In this document: piece after piece, positions 12,707 through 25,631 of the stretch
Layout: every line of letters starts with the position of its first letter
Numbering within the stretch: the stretch's first letter is position 1
Assembly (NCBI GenBank): GCA_025558095.1
Contig: JAIVFI010000040.1
Span: forward strand, 124,001 to 188,000
Length of the DNA stretch: 64,000 nucleotides
DNA from: Hyaloraphidium curvatum SAG 235-1
Taxonomy: Eukaryota > Fungi > Monoblepharomycota
Direction of reading: 5' to 3'
Position numbers and translations under genes: made by a program
Notes under the pieces: model-generated
What the model was told of the DNA's origin: nothing
The model's database searches: none
The model's input: the letters and a program-made list of their open reading frames with translations, nothing else

Positions 12707-14026
12707 CTATTTCGAGAGCTGTGCGTTTGCGATAGGTTTAAGTCTGTCCTCCACCGGGGGTTCACGTTCCCGCTCCATCAACCGCTTGTGTCGGCCTGCC
12801 CACACGTAGGCCCACGGCTCGAAGGGGCCGCGTGGCACGGTCCCGCCGATGGCAAGAGCTAGCTGTCGCAGCAGCAGCTCTTTCGTTGCGACGTTGTTCC
12901 ACGACTCGTAAATGCTCCGACCGAGGACCGTCCTGCTCTTTCCGGCCACCGCCGGATCCCCCGCATCATCGTGGTAGCGCCAATCAAGAACACCGTCATC
13001 GAAGGTGCATTCCGCAAGAACCAACGGAGCCTCGGGAGCCATCGCGTACATGGGTCGCCCCTTGACACGTCCGGATCGGTCAAGAGGCTGCTTGCTCATG
13101 TCCAGCAGGTCAGAAACGACACTCGGAGGCTCCTTCCCCTCGGCCACGAGTAGAAGCACGGCCACTAGGCAGCGGACTTGGTGCCAGAGAAAGGACGTGC
13201 CCACGACCTCGAACGCGGCAAAGGATGGAAGAAGCAGCTCCGAGGAACCTTCGACGTGCTCTGCTTGCCCGAGATTCTCTAGAATTGCCGTCCTCAGGAT
13301 TGTCCTGGTGAAGCTCTGGATGGGCTTCGCGGGATCCACCTTGCAAAAGTTCCGGAAATCATGGGTCCCGACAAGCATCTGTGCAGCCTCGCGCATCGCT
13401 TCCAGATCGTAATGAGGCAAGCGAGGAAAGTAATATCGGTATCGGCGAGCGCGGCAGTCGAATCTGGCCGAGAACGAGTCCGTGGCCGGGGACCATGCCA
13501 GGATCCGAATTTCGGGAGGGAGCAGGTTGTTCAGAATCGAAGCATAAGGCAGCTCCGTTGCTAGGCCGGCTGAGCAGTCCTCGGCAACCGCTGCGGCACC
13601 ATCCGCGGTCGCCCCGCTCAACTGCCGCGATCGTAGGCGAAGGGCGACAACCTGGCCGAAAGCGCTCACGCCCGCGTCCGTTCTCCCGCATCGCGAATAG
13701 TTCCAATCGCGCCTGTCCACGGCTTCGTTGACGAGCTTCGCCTTTCGCAGAGCTTTGAAGAGCTCCGATTCAATTGTGGGGACGCTGTCGCCCTCCTGTC
13801 CGGCAAATCCGTAGTAGCCGGCTCCCATGTACGAGAGTTTCAAAGCAACGGGACGGTACGTCGCGCGGGAAAAGTCAAAAGGCCTAGCTCCTTCGCGGGG
13901 AGGTTGGCTCTCCTTGCGTCCGCTCTGTCGCGCATCAATCTGCGCCTCCAAGTGGCGAACGCGCGCCACCAGCTCCTCGTGGGTCCATAGCTCGTACGAG
14001 TCCCTCCGGTGAGATTCGCCTGACAT
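12707..14026 (-). CDS. PUS3: tRNA pseudouridine(38/39) synthase (TruA family, Deg1/Pus3)
   Basis: Motifs: YSRCGRTDAGVSAFGQV, FSARFDCRARRYRYYF, GTHDFRNFCK and SFLWHQVRC. Confidence 0.92.
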   Translation of the reverse strand: MSGESHRRDSYELWTHEELVARVRHLEAQIDARQSGRKESQPPREGARPFDFSRATYRPVALKLSYMGAGYYGFAGQEGDSVPTIESELFKALRKAKLVNEAVDRRDWNYSRCGRTDAGVSAFGQVVALRLRSRQLSGATADGAAAVAEDCSAGLATELPYASILNNLLPPEIRILAWSPATDSFSARFDCRARRYRYYFPRLPHYDLEAMREAAQMLVGTHDFRNFCKVDPAKPIQSFTRTILRTAILENLGQAEHVEGSSELLLPSFAAFEVVGTSFLWHQVRCLVAVLLLVAEGKEPPSVVSDLLDMSKQPLDRSGRVKGRPMYAMAPEAPLVLAECTFDDGVLDWRYHDDAGDPAVAGKSRTVLGRSIYESWNNVATKELLLRQLALAIGGTVPRGPFEPWAYVWAGRHKRLMEREREPPVEDRLKPIANAQLSK

Positions 14027-14126
14027 GAACCGAACCGTACAGCGTGCAGCTCGCCGCAGGCGTTCGATGATCATTCGCTGCGTGTGATGATTGCGTCTTC
14101 CGCACTGGCGACGACACTCGCCCACG

Positions 14127-15888
<1,762 letters not shown>

Positions 15889-17119
15889 GCAGAAGTGGCG
15901 GCAACACTCTCTGGCATGGGTTGGAGGGGGCTTGAGCATGGTTGCAAATGGATTGTTTGAAAGGAGTGTTTGCTTGCAGGCACTGCTGTGAGTAGAATGG
16001 TGCTCAGGACTGACAGTCTTTGTGCGAAAGGAGCTGGCGCACATGGTGCGGACGGATCTGGACCCGATCCTGGATGTCGTGCAGATCCAAGTTGGCGGAA
16101 TGAACGTGCTGGGGGTCTACATACCGCCGACGCAAACGCAGGATATGCTCAGCCAGGATGAGATGTGGATGAGGTTCCGGGGATCGTAACCAGATGCGAC
16201 ATGCCGATCGTGATAGGAGACCTGAACGCCCACGTGGGGATAAGCGATGCAAACAGCAATGTGCGTGGCACGAGCTTCGGAAAGCGTGTAATTCGGTCAG
16301 AGCAGCGCACGGATCGGAGGGGGAAGCAGCTGCTTGCATTGTGCCAGGAGGAGGAGCTTGTGATCCTGAACGGCCGCCTCGAACCAGGGGCAACAACCCG
16401 CGCAGGGAAAGACGGCGAGCGCGACAGCACCTTGGACTACGCAATTGTGCCGCAGAGCCGCTATGGGATGGTCACCGAGCTCGCCTTTGTGAAGGAGGGT
16501 TGGGTCGTCACCTCAGATCAAATTAAAAGGCACTGAGCATGACCATCGAGGCCAACATCAAGCGACCAACCGCGAAGGAGAACAAACCACGTGGCAAACA
16601 CGTGCGCTGCGACTTCCACTTCCTCGGGATCATGATACTCTGGGACGAGGCTTGAGTGAAAGAGTCTATGCAGGAGTACGAGCAGATGGAGGCTTGCTCG
16701 GACAAGGGCAATCAGCTGATACGGATCATGGCGGGGGTGAACAAGGTGGCAAAGAGGAAGTACGACAAGGTCAGCATGCATGAGGAGGCTGATAAGTTCC
16801 TGAACGGCTTGCGGAGTCGGCGGAGAGGACCGAGATCGACTGCAAGCTGTCACTCCTTCTTGAGCTGCGATCCCTCATGGAGAAGGAGGAGTGGAAGAAG
16901 GAATACCAAGGGACGGTGCGAGAGCTGGAGAAGGAGAGGAAGAAGCTGGAGAAGAAGATGCAGAAGATCGCTGAGCACAAGAACTCTGAGCTGCTGGAAC
17001 GACTCTTCAGGCGAGAGCCTAAGGGATACTGCCAACTGTTTGGGAAGACTTATGCGAGGCGGAAGGGTAACCCCGTGCCCTTTGCGGAGCTGGTACGCCA
17101 CATGGAGATGGTGGCCAGC

Positions 17120-17308
17120 TGTCAGGATCGGGGGCAGATCCTGGCCTAGGGCGCTGCTAGAGGGCGTAGCAGGGCCGAGCAAGGCTCAAGGCGGCGAAGG
17201 GTAATTGTAGTGAGAATCGGTGAGGTACAAGGGTTTGTGCCCATGGCCTCTAGGCTGCACGCTAGCGCTCCCAACTACCCTAAGTCACAGATAGGGCTAG
17301 TCCTCACA
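17120..17308 (-). repeat. Gypsy 3' LTR (189 bp)
   Basis: Sequence runs TGTCAGG...CCTCACA and matches 22489-22681 except for 2 substitutions and one 4-bp indel. Confidence 0.95.
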
Positions 17309-17337
17309 TCATCCCCTTTCTCACTTGCGAATTGACC

Positions 17338-20300
17338 TCAATTCGCGAATCGCCGCTTTTCTGGATGTTTCTCAAAGAACTCATCAATCAACACAGAGTC
17401 AATGTTCGATGCTGGAATCCAAGATCTGTCCTCAATGCCAAATCCTTGCCAATCAACGAAGAATTCTAACTTGCTCCTTCTCTTTCGGACATCCAAGAGT
17501 TCCTTGACATCCCAATGTTCCTCCTCTTCCACGACGACAGGTGCTGGTGGGGGTTGCTTTCTCCCCTGGATCGGATCGTCCTTGTGAGGCTCCAGCAGGT
17601 TCACATGAAAGACTGGGTGGACCTTCACGTCCGGTGGCAGTTTCACTTTGTAGGCAACTGCAGACACCTTCCGTTCCACTGGGTACGGTCCAATCTTCTT
17701 GTAGTCCAGTTTCTTTGCTGGCCTCGTCGTTTTGATGTTCCTTGTCCGAATCCAGACTTTGTCTCCCTCCTTCAGCTCCGGAAAATCTCTCCGTTTCCTG
17801 TCTACAAACTTCTTCTGGTCCTCCTGGGCCTGCTGAAGTTCTTCCTTCAGGATGTCGTTGATCTCTCTCAATTTGACAACCAGTTCTTCAGCTTTTGGCA
17901 CCACTTTGTCCTTTGCTGCTTTCACGTCAAACTTCGGATGAAAGCCGTAGTTTGCAAAGAATGGCGTCATTTTCGTTGATGCATGGATGGAATTGTTGTA
18001 TGCAAAGTCCGCCAGAGGCAAGAGCTCTCTCCAGTTGTCCTGGTCGTAGTTCACAAACGCTCTGAGGTACTGCTCCAGAGTCTGGTTGACGATTTCAGAC
18101 TGTCCATCCGTTTGTGGGTGAAAAGATGTGGACATTTTCACCTTCACGTCACACAGCTCCATGAGGCGGTTCCAGAACTTTGACAAAAACTGGGTGCCTC
18201 TGTCCGAAATGATCTCATCCGGGAATCCATGCTCTTTGAAAACATGCTTCAGAAACTTCTTTGCCGTCTGTTCCGAATCTGGCAGCTTCTTGAAGTCCAG
18301 AAAGTGCGCTTGTTCGGAGAGTCTGTCTACCACTGTGAGAATGCATGTTCTGCCCTCAGACTCAGGTAGCTCTACAATGAAATCCATTGAGATTGATGAC
18401 CAGTTTCTCTCAGGTACCCCCAAAGGTTGAAGTTCTCCGTAGGGCTTGTGACGATTCGCTTTGCTTCTTTGGCAAGTGTCACATGTCGTCACGTATGTCT
18501 CCACGAACTTCTTCATTTTGGGCCACCAGAAATCTCTTTCCACGAGTTCCAGTGTTTTCTTGACCCCAAAATGTCCCGCGAGTTTGCTGTCATGTCTGCT
18601 GTCCAAAACTTCCCTTCGAAGCTCTTCTGGCACGTACACTGCATCTTCATGGTACAGCACTCCTTCATCCAGTGAGAAGTGTTCCATGTCTCGCCTTGGT
18701 TCCTTCCCTCTGCTCAGTGGGTCTTCCTCGAGCCATGTCTTCAGCTCTTGAACCAAGGGATCCTCTTCTTGAAGGCCTTTGATCCGTTCCCACAGATCTT
18801 CGCTTCGTCCTCTTCATCAGCAAGCAATGCCATCAGCATGAAATTCTCGTTCATGAAGATTGTCCTTTCCTTCTGCTCCCGCAGTTGGTCTTCACTTGGC
18901 TCAAACTGTGGCTTCCTTGACAATGCATCTGCCTTTCCATTCTGTTTGCCCGGTTTGTACCTGATTTCAAACCAAAACCGCATGAAGAACTGTGCCCATC
19001 TGGCGTGTCTGCCTTTCAGAACCACTGCCTTTGACATGGCATGCAGGTTGTGGTGGTCGGAGTACACAATCGTTCTGTGCTTTGCTCCTTCCAGGTAGTG
19101 CCTCCATTCTGCAAATCCTTCCTTGATCGCAAGCATCTCCTGGTCAAGCGTGTCATAGTCCCCTTCGGTCTTTGACATTCCCCTTGAGAAGTAGCACACC
19201 GGGTGCAGCTGTTCATCCTCCCCTTGCTGCAACAAAATTGCACTGAGCGCAAAGGCAGAACTGTCCGTCTCCATCACGAACTGCTTGTCAAAGTCAGGGT
19301 GGAGCAACACTGGTGGTGTTGTGAATGCGCGTTTCAAGTCCTCAAACGCCTTCCTGCATTCCTTTGTCCACTCCCATGTTTGCTCTTTCTTCAACAACTT
19401 GTAGAGGGGCATTGCTTTTCTTGCAAACCCTTCCACGTATCTTCGCAGGTAGCTGGCAAAGCCAAGAAACGTCCTCAGTTCCTTTACATTCCTGGGTTCC
19501 GCCCAATCCAGGATGGCCTTGACATCTTTCGGGTGTGGCTGGTACCCTTTCTCCGTGATCAGGAAACCTGCGTAGATGACTTCCGTTGCGTCCCAGACGC
19601 ATTTGTGTGGCCTGGCCTGCAAGTTGTTGTCCTTCAACACCTGCAGCACCTGCTTCACGTGCTCTGCGTGCTTGCTTGGGTCTTTGTCGTACACCAGCAA
19701 GTCATCCAAGTAGATCACCAACCAATCGTCCAGGAACTCGATGAAAATCGTGTTCATGTAGCGCTGAAAAGCACTGGGTGCGTTCCTGAGCCCAAATGGC
19801 ATCACCAAGTACTCGTAACTTCCGTAGCGAGTTTTGAATGCAGTTTTCCACTCATGGCCTTCTGCAACTCTGACTTGGTAGTAGGCTGCTGCTAGATCGA
19901 TCTTGGTGAAGATCTTCGCTCCTGCAACTCTGTCCAACAGCTCCGTCAGCAACGGCAAGCTGTAGTTGTCTGGAACGGTGATCGCATTGAGGCCTTGATA
20001 ATTGATCACAGGCCTGGGATCCCTGCCCTTGTTTTTCGCGTAGAAAAAGGGAGCCCCAGCAGGACTGCTACTCGGTCTGATGAACCCTCTTCGCAGCATG
20101 CTGTCCACATATTCTCGCAAATCCGAGAGTTCTTTGGCATTCAGGGGAATGATTCTCGAGTTTGGAGGTGTTGTTCCTGGCAGCAAATTGATCTCCAAAT
20201 CCACTCCCGGCCGGTGAGGGGGAAGCTTCTCCACGTCCCGCGCTTCGAAGACCTCCAGGAAATCATGATACTTTTCAGGCACCAACTTCCTCGGATCTTT

Positions 20301-21020
20301 CTCCCAATCGCCCTCAGGTTTAGCTTTCATCCCAGACTCTCTTGTCTCGTGGATGTTCACTTTTGCCGGCTCTTCTGGCTTTCCTTTGCCATTCTTCCCA
20401 GGGATTTTCACTGTGTGGGGCGCATCATGCTTCACTTCCATGTGCAAGCAGTTGCATCCTCCATCAGCAAAGACTTCAAACTGCAGTTCCTCTGCTCCTT
20501 TTGCATCCTTCACTTTTTGTGGGATTTTCAAGAGCTTTTTCTTCCAGTTGATCTTTGGGTTGTTGTCTTCCAGCCACTTCAAGCCCAAGATCATCGGAAA
20601 TGCCGGAGACTCCACTACATAGAACACCATCTCCTCACGATGCGTGCCCAAGGACATCTCCATTGGCATCGTTTTGTACTCCACAATTCCTCCAGGGAGA
20701 ACCGATCCATCAGCGGCGGTGATCTCAATCGGCCTTTCCAATTTCACCAAGTCCAAATTGTGGGTTTCTGCAAACTCTTTGTCAACAAAATTCGGCCTTG
20801 TTGCACAGTCACCCCCTCTGGACAGAGGTATGCGCGGATCACCTTTGGGCACACGCGGAACCCCTTTTTCGTCCACCAAAACTGGCACTTGCACACAAGC
20901 ATTTCTAAACTTCATGTTCATGCGCAAAACGAGGTACTTCTTTTGTACAGCCGTGAAAGGGACTTCTTTCTCAGGGGGTTTCTGACTTTTGCTCGGCACC
21001 TTCCCCTTGGATGCAGAGCC
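17338..21020 (-). pseudogene. Gypsy pol (PR-RT-RH-IN-chromodomain), frameshifted near 18810
   Basis: ORFs 18741-20999 and 17338-18756 are in different frames. The alternative frame EDLWERIKGLQEEDPLVQELK bridges them. Confidence 0.9.
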
Positions 21021-21022
21021 GT

Positions 21023-22280
21023 TTAGAAATCCGAGTCAGAGTCTGAACTGCTCTCCTCTGGCTTCTCGTTGCGCTTCTTCTTGTTTCTCTTCTTCGGCTT
21101 TTCCTCTTCCTCAGCCTGCATTGTCGCTTGGAGTTTCTTCTTTGCTTCGCTTTTCCCAGCTCTGCAGTTTGCCGCAACGTGTCCCGACTTGCCACATTTG
21201 AAGCACAGGTTCTCATCGCGACGTTTCATGTACTCCTCTCGGCTGAGATCGAAGCATCGATTTCCATCTTGACGGCCTTGGTCGTCGTCACGACCATTAC
21301 CGCTTCCCCAACTTCCACCATGGCCACCTCCGCGAGCACCACGGCCACCTTGGCCAAAGCCACCTCTGCCGTTTCCACGGCCATGAGAGCTTTCTTGGGC
21401 TGCGTTGGCATGAGAGCTTTCTTGGGCTGCGTTGGCGCCGGTTCCATTGCCGCCAATCCCTTGCCCGGCGGCACCGCCGTCGGACCGAATCATGAGGTAA
21501 TGGTTGTCTGCAAGCGTTTGGCACAGAGCTTGGTAGGCCTTCAGGTCTGTAGGCATCTTCATTGCCTGGTGGGCTAGCGCTGTCTTCACGTTTTGGTTCA
21601 ATCCGTCGAAGAACTTCGGGATCAGGGCTGTGTCGTTGTATCCCGAGTCTGCCGTGTACTTGTTGAACTCCTCCTTGTAGCTGGTGAACGGCCTGTTGCC
21701 TTGCTTCATGGTATCGAGCTTCTTTTGCGCCTTTTCCTTGAGGAGCGGGTCCGCGAATCGTTCGTTTACTATTGTTTTGAACTCCATGTACGTCTTGCCC
21801 GTGACTTCACCCGCATTGAACTGCTGAGTAGCCCATTCCGACGCGTCACCGGTCATGTTCGTGTTCGCGATCGCCAATGCAAGATGATCCGAGAAGTGGG
21901 GGTCGGATTCTGTTCGGTTCCGTAGCGCTCGGGGTCGTTCCAGTGGCGCAAGTCGAGTTCCGTCCAAAACTTGTCCAGATCCCGCGCCTGCCCCGAAAAC
22001 TTCGCCATTTCGGGCAGCTTTGCTGGCTTCGCGTTCGCCATTGTGTCCTTGGCGGTGGCGAGCGGGATTCGTGACGTTCTTCGGCGCGTTCGTCGACGCG
22101 TTCGGGTTCTCGCTGATCCGGCAAAATCGCCTCAATCTCGCGCGTTCCTACGCCTCCTGCGACGTCGTCGATGTCGTCAGTGCGCTGCTGATGCCTCTCG
22201 TAGGCTCCTTCGTCCGATTCCTCGTCGTCTGAGCGAGCGAGGATGCGCCGGTCGCGCTGTGTCCATTCAACGTCCACCCT
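21023..22280 (-). pseudogene. Gypsy gag (capsid + CCHC knuckle), frameshifted near 21880-21910; start uncertain
   Basis: KFSGQARDLDKFWTELDL and MTGDASEWA...KQGNRPFTSYKEEF lie in different frames. A zinc knuckle is present. Confidence 0.8.
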
Positions 22281-22474
22281 TGCTTCCCGACGAATTCCTC
22301 CCGGAATTCCTGAACTTTCGAACCTTCCCCGACGTCAAATCGTTCGTTTCTCGACGTTCGAGGTAATGAACTGCGTCCTTGCGGTGACCTACGCAAAGGA
22401 ACGCTGCGCAACCCTGGTCATAGCCTCGCCGCCGCTTGTTGAGCCGAGCTTTACGTGAAACTCACGTTCCACGG

Positions 22475-22487
22475 ACCGATTCTCACT
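22475..22487 (-). promoter_or_regulatory. Putative self-priming primer-binding site of the Gypsy element
   Basis: Element-sense AGTGAGAATCGGT lies 1 nt from the 5' LTR and is the exact reverse complement of element-sense LTR bases 22578-22590. There is no TGG tRNA-type PBS. Confidence 0.75.
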
Positions 22488-22488
22488 T

Positions 22489-22681
22489 TGTCAGGATCGG
22501 GGGCAGATCCTGGCCTAGGGCGCTGCTAGAGGGCGTAGCAGGGCCGAGCAAGGCTCAAGGCGGCGAACGGTAATTGTAGTGAGAATCGGTGAGGTACAAG
22601 AGTTTGTGCCCATGGCCTCTAGGCTGCACGCACGCTAGCGCTCCCAACTACCCTAAGTCACAGATAGGGCTAGTCCTCACA
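22489..22681 (-). repeat. Gypsy 5' LTR (193 bp)
   Basis: Direct repeat of 17120-17308 with an extra CACG. Confidence 0.95.
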
Positions 22682-24376
22682 CCAGCGCCGAGTACGTGAA
22701 CAAGATCGAGGAAGACCCCAGGCTCACGTTCCCACCGCCCCCCAAGGCCACAATCACGCCTCCTGGGAACCTGCTGCGCCCCATCACCCTCAAGGAGCTC
22801 GAGAAGGTCCTGAAGAAGGCTCCTAACGGCAGGGCAGCGGATGAGGATGGGATCAGGCTCGAGTTCATCAAGTACGGGACGACAGTGCTGAAGCAAGCTG
22901 TTGTCGATCTGCTCAACGACGTGCTCAATGGGGTCGACATGCAAGACTGGGGCCAGACACTGCTGGTGATGCTGCACAAGAAGGGGCCCAAGAACGTGGC
23001 TGGCAACTACCGAGGCATCAGCATAGAGAGGACACTGGAGAAGGTCTTTTCCCTGGTCTGGAACGCTCAGCTAGCTCCCTGGGCTGAGTGCAACAAGCTG
23101 CTGGAAGGCTCGCAGTTTGGATTCCGGGCACGGAGGTCCACCCTTCATGCAGTGTTCCTCGCTGAGGCGCTCTTCTCCTTGGCCAAGGCACGCAAGGAGA
23201 AGCTGATCATGGTGTTTGTAGATTTCACAAAGGCTTTTGACACGGTGGAGCGCCCGAGGTTGTGGAGGAAGCTGGAGGAGATGGTTGTACCCAAACAGGT
23301 TGTTGATATGTTCGAGATGGCGTTTGGGCGGGTGTGGGGAAGGCTCCGGGATGAGGACGGCACCAAGTCGGACTTCATCAAGTTCCTAACTGGAGTGAAG
23401 CAGGGGGACCCCCTCTCATCGCTGTTCTTCATCTTGTTCATCAACGACATCACTGCTTTCATGGAGGCCCATGGTGCAAAAGGGATGGATCTGGGCATGG
23501 TGTTTGAGGAAGAGGAGGATCAGGAAAGGATGGTCAGCTTGCTGGCTTTGTTCTTTGCAGACGACACCACTTTGATCTCGAAGACGGTGAAGGATGCCAA
23601 GATGCAGCTGGATCTTTTGTCTGCATATGCCAGTGCCAATGGGCTGGAGATCAACGTCAGCAAAACAGAGTGGATGGCCAGGAGGATACCCCACCGTGCA
23701 AAGCTCCTGTACAGGGGCCAGGAGCTGAAGAGGGTCGACAGCTTCAAGCTTCTGGGCAACCAGCTCACGTCAACTGGGCGGAGCAAGGACCATGTGCATG
23801 GCAGGGAGCCCAAGATGAACGCTGCTTATGGGCTCTGGCTCTGCGACATCAGGGAGGGGCCTGGGATGAGTCCTGACGTCCAGCTCAAGCTCTACAACAC
23901 GAAGGTCAAGGCAGTGGGCCAGTATGGGAACCCGTTCATTGTGGAGATGCCGAAGGAGGAGTACCTTGCCGGGGAAAGCACCAGGGACAAAGTGACATGC
24001 ATGGCCCTTCGTGCTGTCACTCATCAGCCCAAGTCTACCTCCCTGGCTTGTCTGTATGCGATCACTGGCCAGTACCCTCTTGCAGTTCATGACCATGAGT
24101 CGGCTCTCAAGTTCCTCATGTGTATCAAAACAGCTGACCCTGCATTGTACCTGCTCTACAAGGAGCTCAAGATCGAGGCATTGAAGGGGTGCTGGAACTG
24201 GGCTGCCTTCCTGAGGGAACTACTTGTGTACCATGGTGGAGAGGAGGGGAGGGAGACGTGGGAGAAGGACACTTTTTCATGGGCCAAGGAGACTGTGGAG
24301 AATCTTGTGAAGGGCAAGTTCAGGGAGATCAATGCCCAGAAGCTCAAGGACAACGACAAGCTGCACTTCTGGAGGA

Positions 24377-25462
24377 TGTTGCGATAGTGCGATAGTTGAG
24401 GCCAAGGCCTGCTAGGACCGCCGCCGGCGCTCCCAACTGGTGCTCTCTCTCCCTGCTACTGTCCCGGCTGCTTTAACTCCCTGTCTAAGCATCTTGATTA
24501 GCATTTGCTCACCAATTTGCAAAGCAAATGCTAGTGCATACACGTATACGTTCTTCACTTTTAAGCTTCACTTTCTAGAGCATCTGCTCTCCATCTCCTT
24601 ACCTTTTTTATTCTTTAATATTTGTATACACTTATACACTCTATACACCACTTTATTTCCAAAAGTTTTGTTTGGGAGTTGGGGGCCCCGCAATTCTTGC
24701 CCCTTTTCTGATTCACTGATTCTACCCCCATACCTGTGTATAACGTGTATATTTGTATACAGCTTATCACATGCTACCCAACTCCTATCCGATGCTCATT
24801 TCCATGCTGCTTCACTATGGAATGCATTCTTAGCTCTTGTGTATATACATACACCTTTGTCTTCATATTCGTGCTTCATTCCCCAAATCATTTGTCCCGG
24901 ACGGATTACCTGTGTATAACCTGTATACCTGTCTACAGCTCCTTATACGTTTATACATTGTATACGCTACTTTACCCCCTCGGTGAACCCCCTCGGTGAT
25001 CCCGCTCCCTTAACCCCCTCTGTCAACCCGCTCCCCTTCCCCCGACACTCGCCCCCCCTCCCTGAGGAACTTCGTTCCTACCACTTTTGAACTTCGTTCA
25101 AACCACGTGTTTTGACGAAGTCATATTGACGAAGTCAGTTTACTTGTTTGGTTGGAATGGACACCCGCATGAGAGTCAGATGTGATCATGAAAAACAAGG
25201 AGGTTTCATCCCCGTCATGGTATCTGTATACATAGAGCTGTTGGAGTGGCTATGGGGCGTGGGGAAGACGTAGCCCCAGTGGTCTGAACCGGGTCTGAAC
25301 TCAGATGGACGGGATGGGGAGAGGGACAGTTTCACGTTGACCCGTCGTTCATTCCCTTGTGATGACAAGTCCCTTGATGACCCCTCCGGTCGTACCCAAG
25401 TATCCCCACACGCCAATAGACTCCCTATTGATACAGAATCGTAGCAACGATCCATTCCAACA
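24377..25462 (-). repeat. Copia 3' LTR (~1086 bp, AT-rich)
   Basis: Termini are TGTTG...CAACA. The LTR starts right after the PPT and ends exactly where LINE homology stops at 24376. The partner LTR is absent. Confidence 0.75.
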
Positions 25463-25631
25463 CTCCCCCTCGTTGCAAGATTACCCAGAGTGTCCAGAAA
25501 TCCCCAAAGTTAGTCACGAATCTCTACAATTCCCAAAAGTGCCCTGAAACGTTGAAACTTCTCCCTTGGTAGCTGTTTGGTGAGTAGATCCGCGAGCTGG
25601 TCCTCAGTGTTGATGTACTCCAGCTGGATCT

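Larger units (their letters stand above)
17120..22681 (-). mobile_element. Ty3/Gypsy chromovirus LTR retrotransposon, full length but frameshifted; 5-bp TSD CCAGC
   Basis: Paired TG...CA LTRs are flanked by TSD CCAGC at 17115-17119 and 22682-22686. Gag has CFKCGKSGHVAANC, RT has YLDD, and RNase H has METDSS. The integrase has HHCC, DDE and GPY motifs plus a chromodomain. A PPT lies at about 17309-17323. Confidence 0.96.

Noticed and set aside
15988-16031. Intron-like GTGAGT...CTGAC...AAG at the LINE 5' edge
   Set aside because: The same bases encode the APE motif GLTVFVRK, so the resemblance to an intron is probably coincidental.
24440-24919. Hydrophobic 159-aa ORF that might be env-like
   Set aside because: It lies within the AT-rich Copia LTR, is antisense to the element and has no motifs.
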